34,260 nt of DNA, from positions 5,546 to 39,805 of the forward strand of contig CAYMGS010000001.1 in the NCBI GenBank assembly GCA_964390025.1, in the 5' to 3' direction. The notes beneath the pieces are model-generated. The model was not told where the DNA came from. It was given only the letters and a program-made list of their open reading frames with translations, and did not search any database. Positions 1 through 8,829 of this stretch are shown here, in pieces (position 1 is the first letter of the stretch; every line of letters begins with the position of its first letter). The position numbers and the translations under genes are program-made. This stretch comes from an uncultured Rickettsiales bacterium. GTDB taxonomy: Bacteria; Pseudomonadota; Alphaproteobacteria; Rickettsiales; UBA998.

Positions 1-227
1 ACCCTCTCTTCCAGCGCTTCCCGCATGCCGTCCAGCGCGTTCAGTCCGGCCATGCAATCGGCAAACGCTCCCACGCCGGGTAATACGATACGGTCTGCCA
101 GCCGCAAATCATCCGGTCGAGTCGTCACGCTTATGTCCATATTACCGTTGCTGGCGGCACGCCGTAATCCTGCTTCTGCCGAATGCAGGTTCCCGGACCC
201 GCAGTCAATCATCACTAATTGTGGCAT
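1..227 (-). CDS. hisH: Imidazole glycerol phosphate synthase glutamine amidotransferase subunit HisH, N-terminal ~75 codons only (gene continues past the left edge)
   Basis: The reverse complement of 1..227 starts at ATG (225..227) and reads [74 protein letters not shown] with no stop. The IDxGSGNL and LPGVGAF blocks are the HisH class-I amidotransferase N-terminus. It is absent from the ORF track because its stop lies outside the window. Its position after hisB-DUF2628 fits alphaproteobacterial his clusters. Confidence 0.85.
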   Translation of the reverse strand, partial: MPQLVMIDCGSGNLHSAEAGLRRAASNGNMDISVTTRPDDLRLADRIVLPGVGAFADCMAGLNALDGMREALEER

Positions 228-230
228 CGT

Positions 231-659
231 TTATGCCTCGGATAAATGCGGAGATACAGCTGCCTGAGCATGTGCCACCGGCAGGTAGCGGTCATAAAAA
301 CGCTGCTCGGCATGTAGTAATGTATGCGCCGCGACCATATCTGCCACGATATAGCCTTTGCGGGAAAAAAAGACGCGCCGCGCATCATTGCCCTGAAAGC
401 CCACCATCAGCTGAATGCCCATCTGCAGCACATAAATACTCATAGCGCTAAAGCCATAATAATCCCCCAGCGCACCGATCAGAATATTCAGGCAGATCAG
501 GATAAATGCCAGAATCCACAGGCGATGATACAGCGCCCATAATGCACCAAAGACAAATGCCCAGATATTGAAGCCTTCGGGAACAAATTCTGCTGTCTCG
601 TAAGGGCGGGAGGCATTGGGGTTAATATGCACACTATAGAGGCGAAACCGGTTGAGCAT
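231..659 (-). CDS. Small integral membrane protein (DUF2628-type) located between hisB and hisH
   Basis: 142-aa ORF whose ATG overlaps the hisB stop (TAATG). It has hydrophobic helices WAFVFGALWALYHRLWILAFILICLNILIGAL and IYVLQMGIQLMVGF. The hisB-X-hisH placement is conserved in alphaproteobacteria. The family name is recalled from memory, not from a search. Confidence 0.65.
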   Translation of the reverse strand: MLNRFRLYSVHINPNASRPYETAEFVPEGFNIWAFVFGALWALYHRLWILAFILICLNILIGALGDYYGFSAMSIYVLQMGIQLMVGFQGNDARRVFFSRKGYIVADMVAAHTLLHAEQRFYDRYLPVAHAQAAVSPHLSEA

Positions 660-1258
660 TACAGTGAGCCCCCCAGTGTTCCCTTGGTAGAGGGCACCGC
701 ATCAGCCTTACGCGGATCAATCGTCACTGCTGCACGCAACGCACGCGCCAGTCCTTTGTAGCAGGACTCGATAATATGATGATTATTTTCGCCGTACAGG
801 TTTTCCACATGCAGCGTGGCACCTGCCGCAAAAGCAAAGGCCTGAAACCATTCCCGGAATAATTCCGTATCCATTTCACCGATCTTGGGTTTGGAGAACT
901 CTACCTTCCAGATGATGTAGGGACGACCGGACAGGTCAATCGCCACGCGCGACAGGGTTTCATCCATCGGAATCAGTGCATCGCCGTAGCGCGAGATACC
1001 TTTACGATCACCCAATGCATCTGCAACGGCCTTGCCGATGGTAATGCCGCTATCTTCCGTAGTGTGGTGACCATCGATATGCAGGTCGCCTTCCGCCTTC
1101 ACATTCAGGTCAATCAGGCTGTGACGAGAGAGCTGTTCCAGCATATGATCGAGAAAGCCTATCCCGGTCGCAATATCATACGTACCGCTCCCATCCAGAT
1201 TCAGGCTGGCGGTAATCGATGTTTCTTTCGTCGTGCGTTCTACAGTTGCCGTGCGCAT
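659..1258 (-). CDS. hisB: Imidazoleglycerol-phosphate dehydratase
   Basis: The track ORF is 659..1306. The best start is the ATG at 1256..1258 ([15 protein letters not shown]...), 9 nt downstream of GAAGGA. Histidine-rich IGPD motifs are present: [36 protein letters not shown]. Confidence 0.92.
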   Translation of the reverse strand: MRTATVERTTKETSITASLNLDGSGTYDIATGIGFLDHMLEQLSRHSLIDLNVKAEGDLHIDGHHTTEDSGITIGKAVADALGDRKGISRYGDALIPMDETLSRVAIDLSGRPYIIWKVEFSKPKIGEMDTELFREWFQAFAFAAGATLHVENLYGENNHHIIESCYKGLARALRAAVTIDPRKADAVPSTKGTLGGSL

Positions 1259-1328
1259 TGTCATCATTCCTTCATGAAAGCGGACTATAATATAGATAAA
1301 CGCCAAAATGCAAAGGAAAGCCTGAGCT

Positions 1329-1553
1329 ATGATGCAATTCTCCCGCCTTATCCCTCTTGTCCTGTGTACTGTGTTACTGGCTGCCTGCTCACCCTCAAAA
1401 AAAGAGATTGAGAAGGAGAAGTGGTGGCAGAGTTATTACGGCAATAATAAAAGCGAAAATATGCTGTGCACGATGTACGGCAATTGCCCCGGAAATGATT
1501 CAGATGATGAGGAATCAGCGCTCTGCAGCTTCTATGGGAATTGCCCGAAATGA
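1329..1553 (+). CDS. Small secreted lipoprotein with repeated C-x-x-Y-G-x-C motifs (paralog 1)
   Basis: 74-aa ORF with AAGGAAAG upstream. It has a signal peptide plus lipobox ([11 protein letters not shown]). Repeats are CTMYGNC and CSFYGNC, plus a degenerate QSYYGNN. No family recognised. Confidence 0.6.
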   Translation: MMQFSRLIPLVLCTVLLAACSPSKKEIEKEKWWQSYYGNNKSENMLCTMYGNCPGNDSDDEESALCSFYGNCPK

Positions 1554-1676
1554 GGAATAACAACAGGATAATTTATTCCACCAATATATGCAGTGAAATT
1601 GTCATAAACCTGTCATATTTTTCGGATATGATGCCGACAATAATAAAAGACGGTGCTTTGGAAGGGCAGTGTAGGG

Positions 1677-1973
1677 ATGAATAAGAAAGCCATGTATGGC
1701 CTCGTGTTAGCGGTTCTGTTCATGACAGGATGCAACCGTAGCGATACAAATATGGCAGAAGCTTACTGGTGTGCTTCCTACGGCACCTGTAAAGCAGGCA
1801 GCGCTTCCACTACACAATCCGTCAGTTTTCAACCCTCTGCATATCAGGCACCCCAACCCGCTGTAGCACAGAATGACAACTGTGCGTACTACGGCACCTG
1901 CGGTCAGCAACCAACCCGCCAGCCCATCTATGATGCCTGCAGCTTTTACGGCATTTGCGACCGCGGCAGTTGA
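1677..1973 (+). CDS. Small secreted lipoprotein with repeated C-x-x-Y-G-x-C motifs (paralog 2)
   Basis: The track ORF starts at GTG 1653. I prefer ATG 1677 (MNKKAMYGLVLAVLFMTGC...), which gives a signal peptide plus lipobox (FMTGC). There are three repeats: CASYGTC, CAYYGTC, CSFYGIC. The architecture matches the upstream gene. Confidence 0.6.
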   Translation: MNKKAMYGLVLAVLFMTGCNRSDTNMAEAYWCASYGTCKAGSASTTQSVSFQPSAYQAPQPAVAQNDNCAYYGTCGQQPTRQPIYDACSFYGICDRGS

Positions 1974-2042
1974 TATCCCGCTCTTGCTTCTCCTTTGATA
2001 GTGCCTATATATAAAGCCTGAAACAGGTGAAAGGTAAATCAC

Positions 2043-2576
2043 ATGGAAATATGGCATGCCACGACGATTCTGTGCGTGCGGAAAGACGGCAAGGTGGTAA
2101 TTGGTGGTGACGGACAGGTCAGCCTGGGGCAGACCGTGATCAAGTCCAGCGCGAATAAAATCCGTCATCTGGCAGATAAGAACATCATTGCCGGGTTTGC
2201 CGGAGCAACGGCAGATGCTTTCACCCTGTTTGAGCGACTCGAAGGCAAGCTGGAGAAGCATCCGGGTCAGCTGACCCGTGCCTGCGTGGAACTGGCAAAA
2301 GACTGGCGAACCGACCGGTATCTCCGGCGACTGGAAGCGATGATGATTGTCGCTGATAAGGATGTCTCGCTGATCTTATCCGGTACCGGTGATGTGCTGG
2401 AGCCGGAAGACGGCATTGCCGCGATTGGCTCCGGCGGCAACTATGCGCTGGCAGCGGCCCGCGCACTCTCCGATCGCGATGACCTGGATGCCGAAGCCAT
2501 CGTGCGCAAAGCCATGGCCATCGCCGCCGATATTTGTGTGTATACCAATGGAAATCTGAGAGTCGAATCTTTATGA
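2043..2576 (+). CDS. hslV: ATP-dependent protease subunit HslV
   Basis: 177-aa ORF beginning [29 protein letters not shown] (N-terminal catalytic Thr region), with [10 protein letters not shown] and [14 protein letters not shown] blocks. Immediately followed by hslU. Confidence 0.95.
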   Translation: MEIWHATTILCVRKDGKVVIGGDGQVSLGQTVIKSSANKIRHLADKNIIAGFAGATADAFTLFERLEGKLEKHPGQLTRACVELAKDWRTDRYLRRLEAMMIVADKDVSLILSGTGDVLEPEDGIAAIGSGGNYALAAARALSDRDDLDAEAIVRKAMAIAADICVYTNGNLRVESL

Positions 2577-3880
2577 CCTATACCCCCCGTGAGATTGTCG
2601 CCGAACTGGATCGTTTTATTGTCGGACAGGAAGAAGCCAAGAAGGCCGTGGCTATAGCGCTGCGCAACCGCTGGCGCAGGCAACAGGTAGATGATCCATT
2701 GCGCGATGAAATCGTACCGAAAAACATCCTGATGATCGGGCCGACCGGCTGCGGTAAAACCGAAATTGCCCGCCGCCTCGCCCGGCTGGCGGAAGCGCCG
2801 TTTATCAAAGTCGAAGCAACCAAGTTTACCGAAGTGGGGTATGTGGGGCGCGACGTGGAATCCATCGTGCGTGACCTCGTGGAACTGGCCATGAACATGG
2901 TACGTGAGAAACAATATAAAGACGTGAAGGAAAAAGCGGAAGCGAATGCGGAGAGCCGTGTGCTGGATGCGCTGGTGGGCGCAACGGCCAGCGAAGAAAC
3001 ACGCCGTAAGTTCCGTGAGAAACTCCGCGCCGGTGAACTGGATGATAAAGAGATCGAGATCGACGTGCTGGAGAGCAGCGGTGGCGGTATGTCCAGCTTC
3101 GATATTCCGGGGATGCCCGGCTCTTCCATGGGGGTCATCAACCTTTCCGATATGCTTGGCAAAGCGCTCGGCGGTCGCACGCAAACCAAGCGCATGCGCG
3201 TTGATGAGAGTTACGAGATCCTGATCAATGAGGAGTCGGAGAAACTGGTGGATGAAGACCGACTGACACAGGAAGCGATCAAAGCGGTGGAGAATCATGG
3301 CATCGTGTTTATCGACGAGATTGACAAAGTCTCGGCGCGTTCCGATATGAAAGGCGGTGAAGTCAGCCGCGAGGGTGTGCAGCGTGACCTGCTGCCGCTG
3401 CTGGAAGGCACCGTGGTGCCGACCAAACACGGGCCGGTGAAAACCGATCATATTCTATTCATCGCTTCCGGTGCCTTTCATATGGCCAAGCCTGCTGACC
3501 TGCTGCCAGAACTGCAAGGCCGCCTGCCCATTCGTGTGGAGCTGGAGGCGCTCAGTGAGGATGACATGTACCGCATCCTGATGGAGCCGGAGTCCAGCCT
3601 GACGAAACAATATACCGCGTTAATGGATACGGACGAAGCGACCGTCAACTTCACCGAAGACGGCGTGCGTGAGCTGGCACGACTGGCGACAAAGTTTAAC
3701 CGCGAAGTGGAAAATATCGGGGCGCGCCGCCTGCATACGCTGATGGAAAAGCTGATGGAAGAAGTCAGCTTTGAAGCACCGGACAACCCCGGTATGCAGG
3801 TCGAAGTGACGCCTGACTATGTGCAGGAGAAAATCGGCGACGCAGCGAAGGATTCGGATTTGTCGAAATTTATTTTGTAG
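2573..3880 (+). CDS. hslU: ATP-dependent protease ATPase subunit HslU
   Basis: The track ORF starts at 2534. The likely start is ATG 2573, overlapping the hslV stop (ATGA) and giving [36 protein letters not shown]. Walker [16 protein letters not shown], Walker B FIDEIDK, C-terminal DLSKFIL. Confidence 0.95.
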   Translation: MTYTPREIVAELDRFIVGQEEAKKAVAIALRNRWRRQQVDDPLRDEIVPKNILMIGPTGCGKTEIARRLARLAEAPFIKVEATKFTEVGYVGRDVESIVRDLVELAMNMVREKQYKDVKEKAEANAESRVLDALVGATASEETRRKFREKLRAGELDDKEIEIDVLESSGGGMSSFDIPGMPGSSMGVINLSDMLGKALGGRTQTKRMRVDESYEILINEESEKLVDEDRLTQEAIKAVENHGIVFIDEIDKVSARSDMKGGEVSREGVQRDLLPLLEGTVVPTKHGPVKTDHILFIASGAFHMAKPADLLPELQGRLPIRVELEALSEDDMYRILMEPESSLTKQYTALMDTDEATVNFTEDGVRELARLATKFNREVENIGARRLHTLMEKLMEEVSFEAPDNPGMQVEVTPDYVQEKIGDAAKDSDLSKFIL

Positions 3881-3889
3881 AGGGAACAC

Positions 3890-4081
3890 GTGCTATTTAA
3901 TCTCGCTGGGCTGTGCTTCTTGGCAGGAGCAACATGCATTGCATTTATCGGTCATGGGTTTGCCGCTTTTATTGCTGTTTTTGGTGCCTTGCTTTGTTTT
4001 TTCTTTTCAGGAGGAAAAGTGTCGGAGGTTTTGGTTGAATGGGGAAAATTCAAGATTCCCGAAAAAAATATGGAGAGATAA
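3890..4081 (+). CDS. Hypothetical small membrane protein (63 aa, two hydrophobic helices)
   Basis: GTG start 10 nt after the hslU stop, preceded by GAGGGAA. Helices are LAGLCFLAGATCIAFIGHGF and AAFIAVFGALLCFFF. It lies in a visibly A+T-richer stretch than its neighbours. No homology recognised; coding status uncertain. Confidence 0.35.
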   Translation: MLFNLAGLCFLAGATCIAFIGHGFAAFIAVFGALLCFFFSGGKVSEVLVEWGKFKIPEKNMER

Positions 4082-4203
4082 AAAAAGAAGCGCACGCAAC
4101 TATTGAACAGTTGAATCAACTCAAAACAGAAATGGAAGAGATGGAAAAGCGCATCAAGAAAGAAATAGAAGAAGCTACTTTACTTGCAATCGCGTTGAAA
4201 TAG
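4039..4203 (+). CDS. Hypothetical 54-aa highly charged helical (coiled-coil-like) mini-protein, overlapping the previous ORF in the -1 frame
   Basis: Below the ORF-track size cutoff; found by hand. ATG 4039 lies 10 nt after GGAGG (4024..4028) and gives MGKIQDSRKKYGEIKKEAHATIEQLNQLKTEMEEMEKRIKKEIEEATLLAIALK, stopping at 4201..4203. It may instead be the C-terminal half of a frameshifted or fused gene (see findings). Confidence 0.3.
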   Translation: MGKIQDSRKKYGEIKKEAHATIEQLNQLKTEMEEMEKRIKKEIEEATLLAIALK

Positions 4204-4315
4204 ATTTTATTATTCGCACAAAAATAACGGGCTATTAAACTCGGTTTGTACAAATCATCCATTCCGCCCCCCCTCCTATTCGTCCGCTTTCGTTAACACT
4301 ACAGCGGAACTCATT

Positions 4316-4338
4316 TCCTCCCCCTGTCAGGGGGAGGA
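4316..4338. other. Perfect 9-bp GC-rich stem-loop (TCCTCCCCC-tgtca-GGGGGAGGA)
   Basis: Read directly from the sequence. It sits between the hslVU/mini-ORF block and the VOC gene. No U-tract follows on either strand, so it is not a canonical intrinsic terminator. Confidence 0.4.
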
Positions 4339-4380
4339 GTAAGGTGGGGGTATCCAACTAAAACAAGCAATAACAAAAGG

Positions 4381-4767
4381 ATGCATATGCTCACCTTCCA
4401 CCACGTCGCCATCATCGCTTCGGATTATGCCCGCTCCAAGGCCTTCTATACGGAAGTGCTGGGTTTGCCGGTCATCCGTGAGGTCTACCGGGAAGCACGG
4501 GATTCCTACAAGCTTGACCTTGCTCTTAGTGACGGGCAGCAAATCGAACTGTTTTCCTTCCCCGATCCACCGCCCCGTCCCTCTTACCCGGAAGCCTGCG
4601 GCCTCCGGCATCTGGCATTTGAAGTAGACGATGTGGCCGCCTACAAGGATGCGCTGGAAGTGAAGGGAGTGGAGGTGGAGGCCATCCGCGTGGATGAACA
4701 CACCGGCAAGCGCTTTACCTTCTTTGCCGACCCGGACGGGCTACCGCTCGAAGTCTATGAAAGATAA
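4381..4767 (+). CDS. yaeR: VOC (glyoxalase/bleomycin-resistance/dioxygenase) family protein, YaeR-like
   Basis: 128-aa ORF (start ATG 4381 or 4387). The blocks HHVAIIASDYARSKAFYTEVLG, EVYREARDSYKLDLAL, ELFSFPDPPPRPSYPEACGLRHLAF and FFADPDGLPLEVYE closely track my recollection of E. coli YaeR. Confidence 0.75.
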   Translation: MHMLTFHHVAIIASDYARSKAFYTEVLGLPVIREVYREARDSYKLDLALSDGQQIELFSFPDPPPRPSYPEACGLRHLAFEVDDVAAYKDALEVKGVEVEAIRVDEHTGKRFTFFADPDGLPLEVYER

Positions 4768-4802
4768 CCATCCATATATGAACAGTCTATAATCTACTGT
4801 GA

Positions 4803-6809
4803 TCATGAGGCTTCCTGAAGCCGCTCAATCTCATCGCGTAGCTTTGCCGCCTCTTCAAACTCAAGGTCTGCTGCCGCCTTGAGCATCTTATCCCGTAAAT
4901 GCGTAAGGTGTGCCTCAAGATTGTCACCGGCCTTATACGCAGGGGCATCCGCTTCTGCCGCCCGTACATGGACGGAGCGATGATCCTGCGCGTACGGGTT
5001 CTGTTCGTCTTCCATCGCCTCAGCAATGGCACGGCGCGTAGATTTCGGTGTAATACCATGCTTTTCGTTATAATCGCGCTGAATGTTCCGCCGCCGTTCC
5101 GTTTCGTCGAGTGCCGCTTTCATGGAATTCGTCATCTTATCTGCGTATAAAATTACTTTGCCGTCTACATTCCGGGCTGCACGTCCTATTGTCTGAATCA
5201 ACGAAGTTTTAGAGCGCAGGAACCCTTCCTTATCGGCATCCAGAATCGCCACCAGACCACACTCGGGTATGTCCAGCCCTTCCCTCAGCAGGTTCACGCC
5301 TACCAGCACATCAAAGCTGCCCAGCCGCAAATCACGGATAATATCGATGCGCTCCAGCGTATCCACATCCGAGTGCAGATAGCGTACCCTGACCCCATGC
5401 TCATCCAGATATTCTGTGAGCTGCTCCGCCATTTTCTTGGTCAGGGTGGTCACCAGTACGCGCCGGTTCTCCGACACCTGCGCCCGTGCTTCATGCATCA
5501 GGTCATCCACCTGTGTTTCGACCGGGCGGATTATGCATTCAGGATCAATCAGACCAGTAGGCCGGATAATCTGTTCCGTATATGAGCCCGATGTATATTC
5601 AAGCTCAATGGAGCCGGGCGTTGCAGATACAAAAATCGTCTGCGGACGTCGTGCGTCCCATTCTTCAAACTTGAGAGGCCGGTTATCCATCGCTGAGGGC
5701 AGGCGAAATCCGTGTTCCACCAGCGTTTGTTTTCGTGCACGGTCACCATTATACATGCCACGAATTTGCGGGGTGGTAACGTGACTCTCATCCACGAACA
5801 GCAATGCATCATCCGGTAAATACTGAAACAGGGTCGGAGGCGGTTCTCCCGGTGCCGTACCTGCCAGATAGCGTGAATAATTCTCAATGCCTTTGCACGT
5901 ACCGGTCTCTGCCATCATTTCGAGATCAAATACGGTGCGTTGCTCCAGTCGCTGTGCTTCGAGCAAGCCGTCATGTGAACGTAAAAAATCCAGCCGCTCT
6001 TTCAACTCCTCTTTGATCTGCTTCATGGCGCGTTCAATGGTCGGGCGTGCAGTTACATAATGGCTGTTCGCAAAGATGGTGGCCGTATCTTTCGACCCCT
6101 GAGACTCACCCGTCAGAGGGTCAAACGCCCTGATGTCTTCCAGTTCATCACCAAAGAAGGACAGACGCCACGCCTGGTCTTCCATATGAGCCGGGAAAAT
6201 ATCCAGCGTATCCCCCCGCACACGGAATGCCCCGCGATGGAAGTTCATATCGTTGCGCTGATACTGTAGTTCGATGAGCTGACGCCCCAGTGCCTGCATA
6301 TCCAGATGCATCCCGCGCTCCAGTTCAATGATCATCGAAGAATAGGCTTCTACTGATCCAATACCGTAAATACAGGAAACCGAGGCGACCACGATGACAT
6401 CGCGGCGCTCCAGCAACGCCCGCGTAGCCGAGTGCCGCATGCGGTCGATCTGTTCATTGATGGATGCATCCTTCTCAATGTAGGTATCTGTTTTGGGGAC
6501 GTAAGCTTCTGGTTGATAATAATCATAGTATGAGACGAAATATTCCACCGCATTATCCGGGAAGAAGCTCTTCATTTCATGATAGAGTTGGGCAGCCAGC
6601 GTTTTATTGTGGGCCATCACCATGGCAGGCCGCTGCGTCTGCTGAATGATATGCGCCATGGTAAAGGTCTTTCCGGAACCCGTTACCCCCAGCAGTACCT
6701 GATTTTTTTCATGAGCATGTATCCCCTCAGTCAGCTGACGAATTGCCTGAGGCTGATCACCGGCCGGTTCATAAGCAGATTGCAGGGAAAATCCCTTTGC
6801 TGCCGTCAT
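4803..6809 (-). CDS. uvrB: Excinuclease ABC subunit B
   Basis: 668-aa ORF with Walker [11 protein letters not shown], beta-hairpin region [18 protein letters not shown] box (VDESHVT) and a C-terminal UVR domain ([17 protein letters not shown]). Confidence 0.97.
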   Translation of the reverse strand: MTAAKGFSLQSAYEPAGDQPQAIRQLTEGIHAHEKNQVLLGVTGSGKTFTMAHIIQQTQRPAMVMAHNKTLAAQLYHEMKSFFPDNAVEYFVSYYDYYQPEAYVPKTDTYIEKDASINEQIDRMRHSATRALLERRDVIVVASVSCIYGIGSVEAYSSMIIELERGMHLDMQALGRQLIELQYQRNDMNFHRGAFRVRGDTLDIFPAHMEDQAWRLSFFGDELEDIRAFDPLTGESQGSKDTATIFANSHYVTARPTIERAMKQIKEELKERLDFLRSHDGLLEAQRLEQRTVFDLEMMAETGTCKGIENYSRYLAGTAPGEPPPTLFQYLPDDALLFVDESHVTTPQIRGMYNGDRARKQTLVEHGFRLPSAMDNRPLKFEEWDARRPQTIFVSATPGSIELEYTSGSYTEQIIRPTGLIDPECIIRPVETQVDDLMHEARAQVSENRRVLVTTLTKKMAEQLTEYLDEHGVRVRYLHSDVDTLERIDIIRDLRLGSFDVLVGVNLLREGLDIPECGLVAILDADKEGFLRSKTSLIQTIGRAARNVDGKVILYADKMTNSMKAALDETERRRNIQRDYNEKHGITPKSTRRAIAEAMEDEQNPYAQDHRSVHVRAAEADAPAYKAGDNLEAHLTHLRDKMLKAAADLEFEEAAKLRDEIERLQEAS

Positions 6810-6835
6810 CGTTACTCTCCGGTATCTGGTGCGGT

Positions 6836-7828
6836 CTAGTTATCGCTTTGGGACTGGCTGGGCTGAGCACTTTGGCTTGATTCGCCAAACAATCCGCCTT
6901 GCTGCTGTACCCTGACGAATGGCGGGCCGAGAATCACGATAAGCAAAGCCGGCATCAACAGCAGAATAAGGGGGATCGTCATAATGACAGGTAAACGTCC
7001 GGCTTTAGCCTCAGCAGCAGAAAGACGGGCCTGACGGTAATCTTCCGAAAGCACCCGCAGCGTATCAGTCAGACTGGTACCAAACTTCTCTGTTTGAATC
7101 AGCGCAGCGACCAGTGAACGAAACGGCACCAGATCCGTACGCTCCGCCAGATTCTGCAGTGCCGTGGAGCGATCATTGAGCAATGCCAGCTCCAGACGTG
7201 TACGGTTCAGCTCTTTTGTAATCTCGGGGTGCGCTCTGCCTAATTCCTGACAGACACGGCCCAGAGCGGCATCCAGTGCCAGCCCCGATTCCACGCAGAC
7301 CACCAGCAGATCCAGCGTATCAGGAAAGGATCGAATCAGGGTTCTTTGACGGTGCTGCTTCTTATTCGTCACATACATTTTGGGGCCCAAAATTCCAATA
7401 AACAGCAGGAAGAGACCCACGGAGTAATTCAACGTCTCATCTGATCCCTGAAGACCGGCAAATACAAACATACCCCCAAGCGCTATCAATACCCAGCGAC
7501 CAATATAGTTCATGAATAAGAGATAAATGGGAGCATTCATCGAGGTCATGCCGGCAGGCAATAATTCCGGCCTTACCTCGTCTATTTTTTTATCGACATC
7601 AACACCGATGCCACGCAACAGACCTTCACAGAATTTTGCAGAGCCGCTCTTCTCTTCATCCAGTCCGACCATATCATCTTCTGCAACGCCACCGGCACCC
7701 GCTGCAATTTTTTCTTCCAGCTGCTGAAGTTTTTCCTTACGGCTAAACGTCGCATCGACTGCCATATAAAGCGTAAAGACGAGAATAAAGGCCAGGCCGG
7801 CTATCAGTAATGCGCTGTCGATTTCCAT
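6836..7828 (-). CDS. tadC: Tad/Flp pilus inner-membrane platform protein TadC (T2SS F family)
   Basis: 330-aa polytopic membrane ORF with the GspF-like block [19 protein letters not shown]. It is the last gene of the cpaB..tadC series. Confidence 0.85.
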   Translation of the reverse strand: MEIDSALLIAGLAFILVFTLYMAVDATFSRKEKLQQLEEKIAAGAGGVAEDDMVGLDEEKSGSAKFCEGLLRGIGVDVDKKIDEVRPELLPAGMTSMNAPIYLLFMNYIGRWVLIALGGMFVFAGLQGSDETLNYSVGLFLLFIGILGPKMYVTNKKQHRQRTLIRSFPDTLDLLVVCVESGLALDAALGRVCQELGRAHPEITKELNRTRLELALLNDRSTALQNLAERTDLVPFRSLVAALIQTEKFGTSLTDTLRVLSEDYRQARLSAAEAKAGRLPVIMTIPLILLLMPALLIVILGPPFVRVQQQGGLFGESSQSAQPSQSQSDN

Positions 7829-7837
7829 CTCTTGCTC

Positions 7838-8812
7838 CTAAATGTCGATATCCACCATCTGGCGTACAATCCAGAACGTTAAGGCCAGAAGCCCCCCTGC
7901 CACGACCAGCAGCATATTGCCTTCCATGGAATCAAATAAGGGATCAAGGTGATGTGGCGCTATGAATAATAACAACCCAAATACCACGACTGGCAAGGCG
8001 CCAAGCACCCAACCCGTGGCACGCCCCTCAGAGGTCATCGCTTTAATTTTTAAGCGGAGTTGTTTGCGCCTTCGAATAATGCTGGAGAGATTTCCTATCA
8101 CTTCTGCCAGATTACCGCCCGTTTCCTGCTGAACATTCAGCACGACCACAAAGAAATTAATATCCGGCTCGTCAATGCGTTCAGCAAGCCGGCTCAGCGC
8201 CTCGTCCATAGTACGGCCCAGCGCGACCTCGTTAGCCACCTGTTTAAACTCCGTGCTCACGGGAGGTTCCATATTCTCTGCCACCATCTGAATAGCGGTA
8301 TTCAGAGGGAAACCGGAACGTACACTGCGTACAATCATATCCAGCACGTCCGGAAACATATTGATGAACTGGTCATTACGTTTCTTAATGCGCATCTCCA
8401 GGTACTTCATGGGGATGAAATACGTCAGCAATATGGCCCCCAGATATCCAACTATACCTGCGCCCATACTGCTGGCTATCATAAAGAATACAAGCAATAG
8501 CAGCAGCGTAAACAGCATAAAAGCACCTGCTTTTTGCCCATAGCCCGCCTTGAGAATGTTGGATGCCAGCGAGTATCCGCCGGGCATATTCATCATCGCA
8601 CGCAGCAGGGCAGAGTCCGTGAAATCACTCTTGAACACAGTTTCAGGCGATGCTTCCTGCTGCACGGCCTGACTCTCTTCCATAATTTTACGCAGGGCGT
8701 GTTTTGTATGTTCCGTATCTGCCGTACCCAGCATTTTCGGCAGAATAAATTTCATAAGCAGCGCGAAGATTATAAAGAATACGACCAACGCGATAACGAT
8801 AGACTCCAGCAT
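7838..8812 (-). CDS. tadB: Tad/Flp pilus inner-membrane platform protein TadB (T2SS F family)
   Basis: 324-aa polytopic membrane ORF with the GspF-like block MIVRSVRSGFPLNTAIQMV. It lies directly downstream of cpaF. Confidence 0.85.
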   Translation of the reverse strand: MLESIVIALVVFFIIFALLMKFILPKMLGTADTEHTKHALRKIMEESQAVQQEASPETVFKSDFTDSALLRAMMNMPGGYSLASNILKAGYGQKAGAFMLFTLLLLLVFFMIASSMGAGIVGYLGAILLTYFIPMKYLEMRIKKRNDQFINMFPDVLDMIVRSVRSGFPLNTAIQMVAENMEPPVSTEFKQVANEVALGRTMDEALSRLAERIDEPDINFFVVVLNVQQETGGNLAEVIGNLSSIIRRRKQLRLKIKAMTSEGRATGWVLGALPVVVFGLLLFIAPHHLDPLFDSMEGNMLLVVAGGLLALTFWIVRQMVDIDI

Positions 8813-8829
8813 GACGTACCCTTTCTTTT

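Noticed and set aside
1554-1579. GGAATAA-N12-TTATTCC inverted repeat right after the first lipoprotein gene, considered as a terminator
   Set aside because: The stem is A+T-rich and 7 bp with a 12-nt loop, and there is no T-run, so its predicted stability is too low.
2441-3451. 336-aa minus-strand ORF antisense to hslU, together with 2578..3195 and other antisense ORFs in this gene
   Set aside because: It lies entirely inside the strongly supported hslU gene. Its composition is low-complexity and Arg/His/Ala-rich, typical of shadow frames, and it has no recognisable motifs.
3819-4106. 95-aa plus-strand ORF spanning the hslU 3' end and the islet
   Set aside because: It overlaps the hslU C-terminus out of frame, has no RBS, and is better explained by the two mini-ORFs in the other frames.
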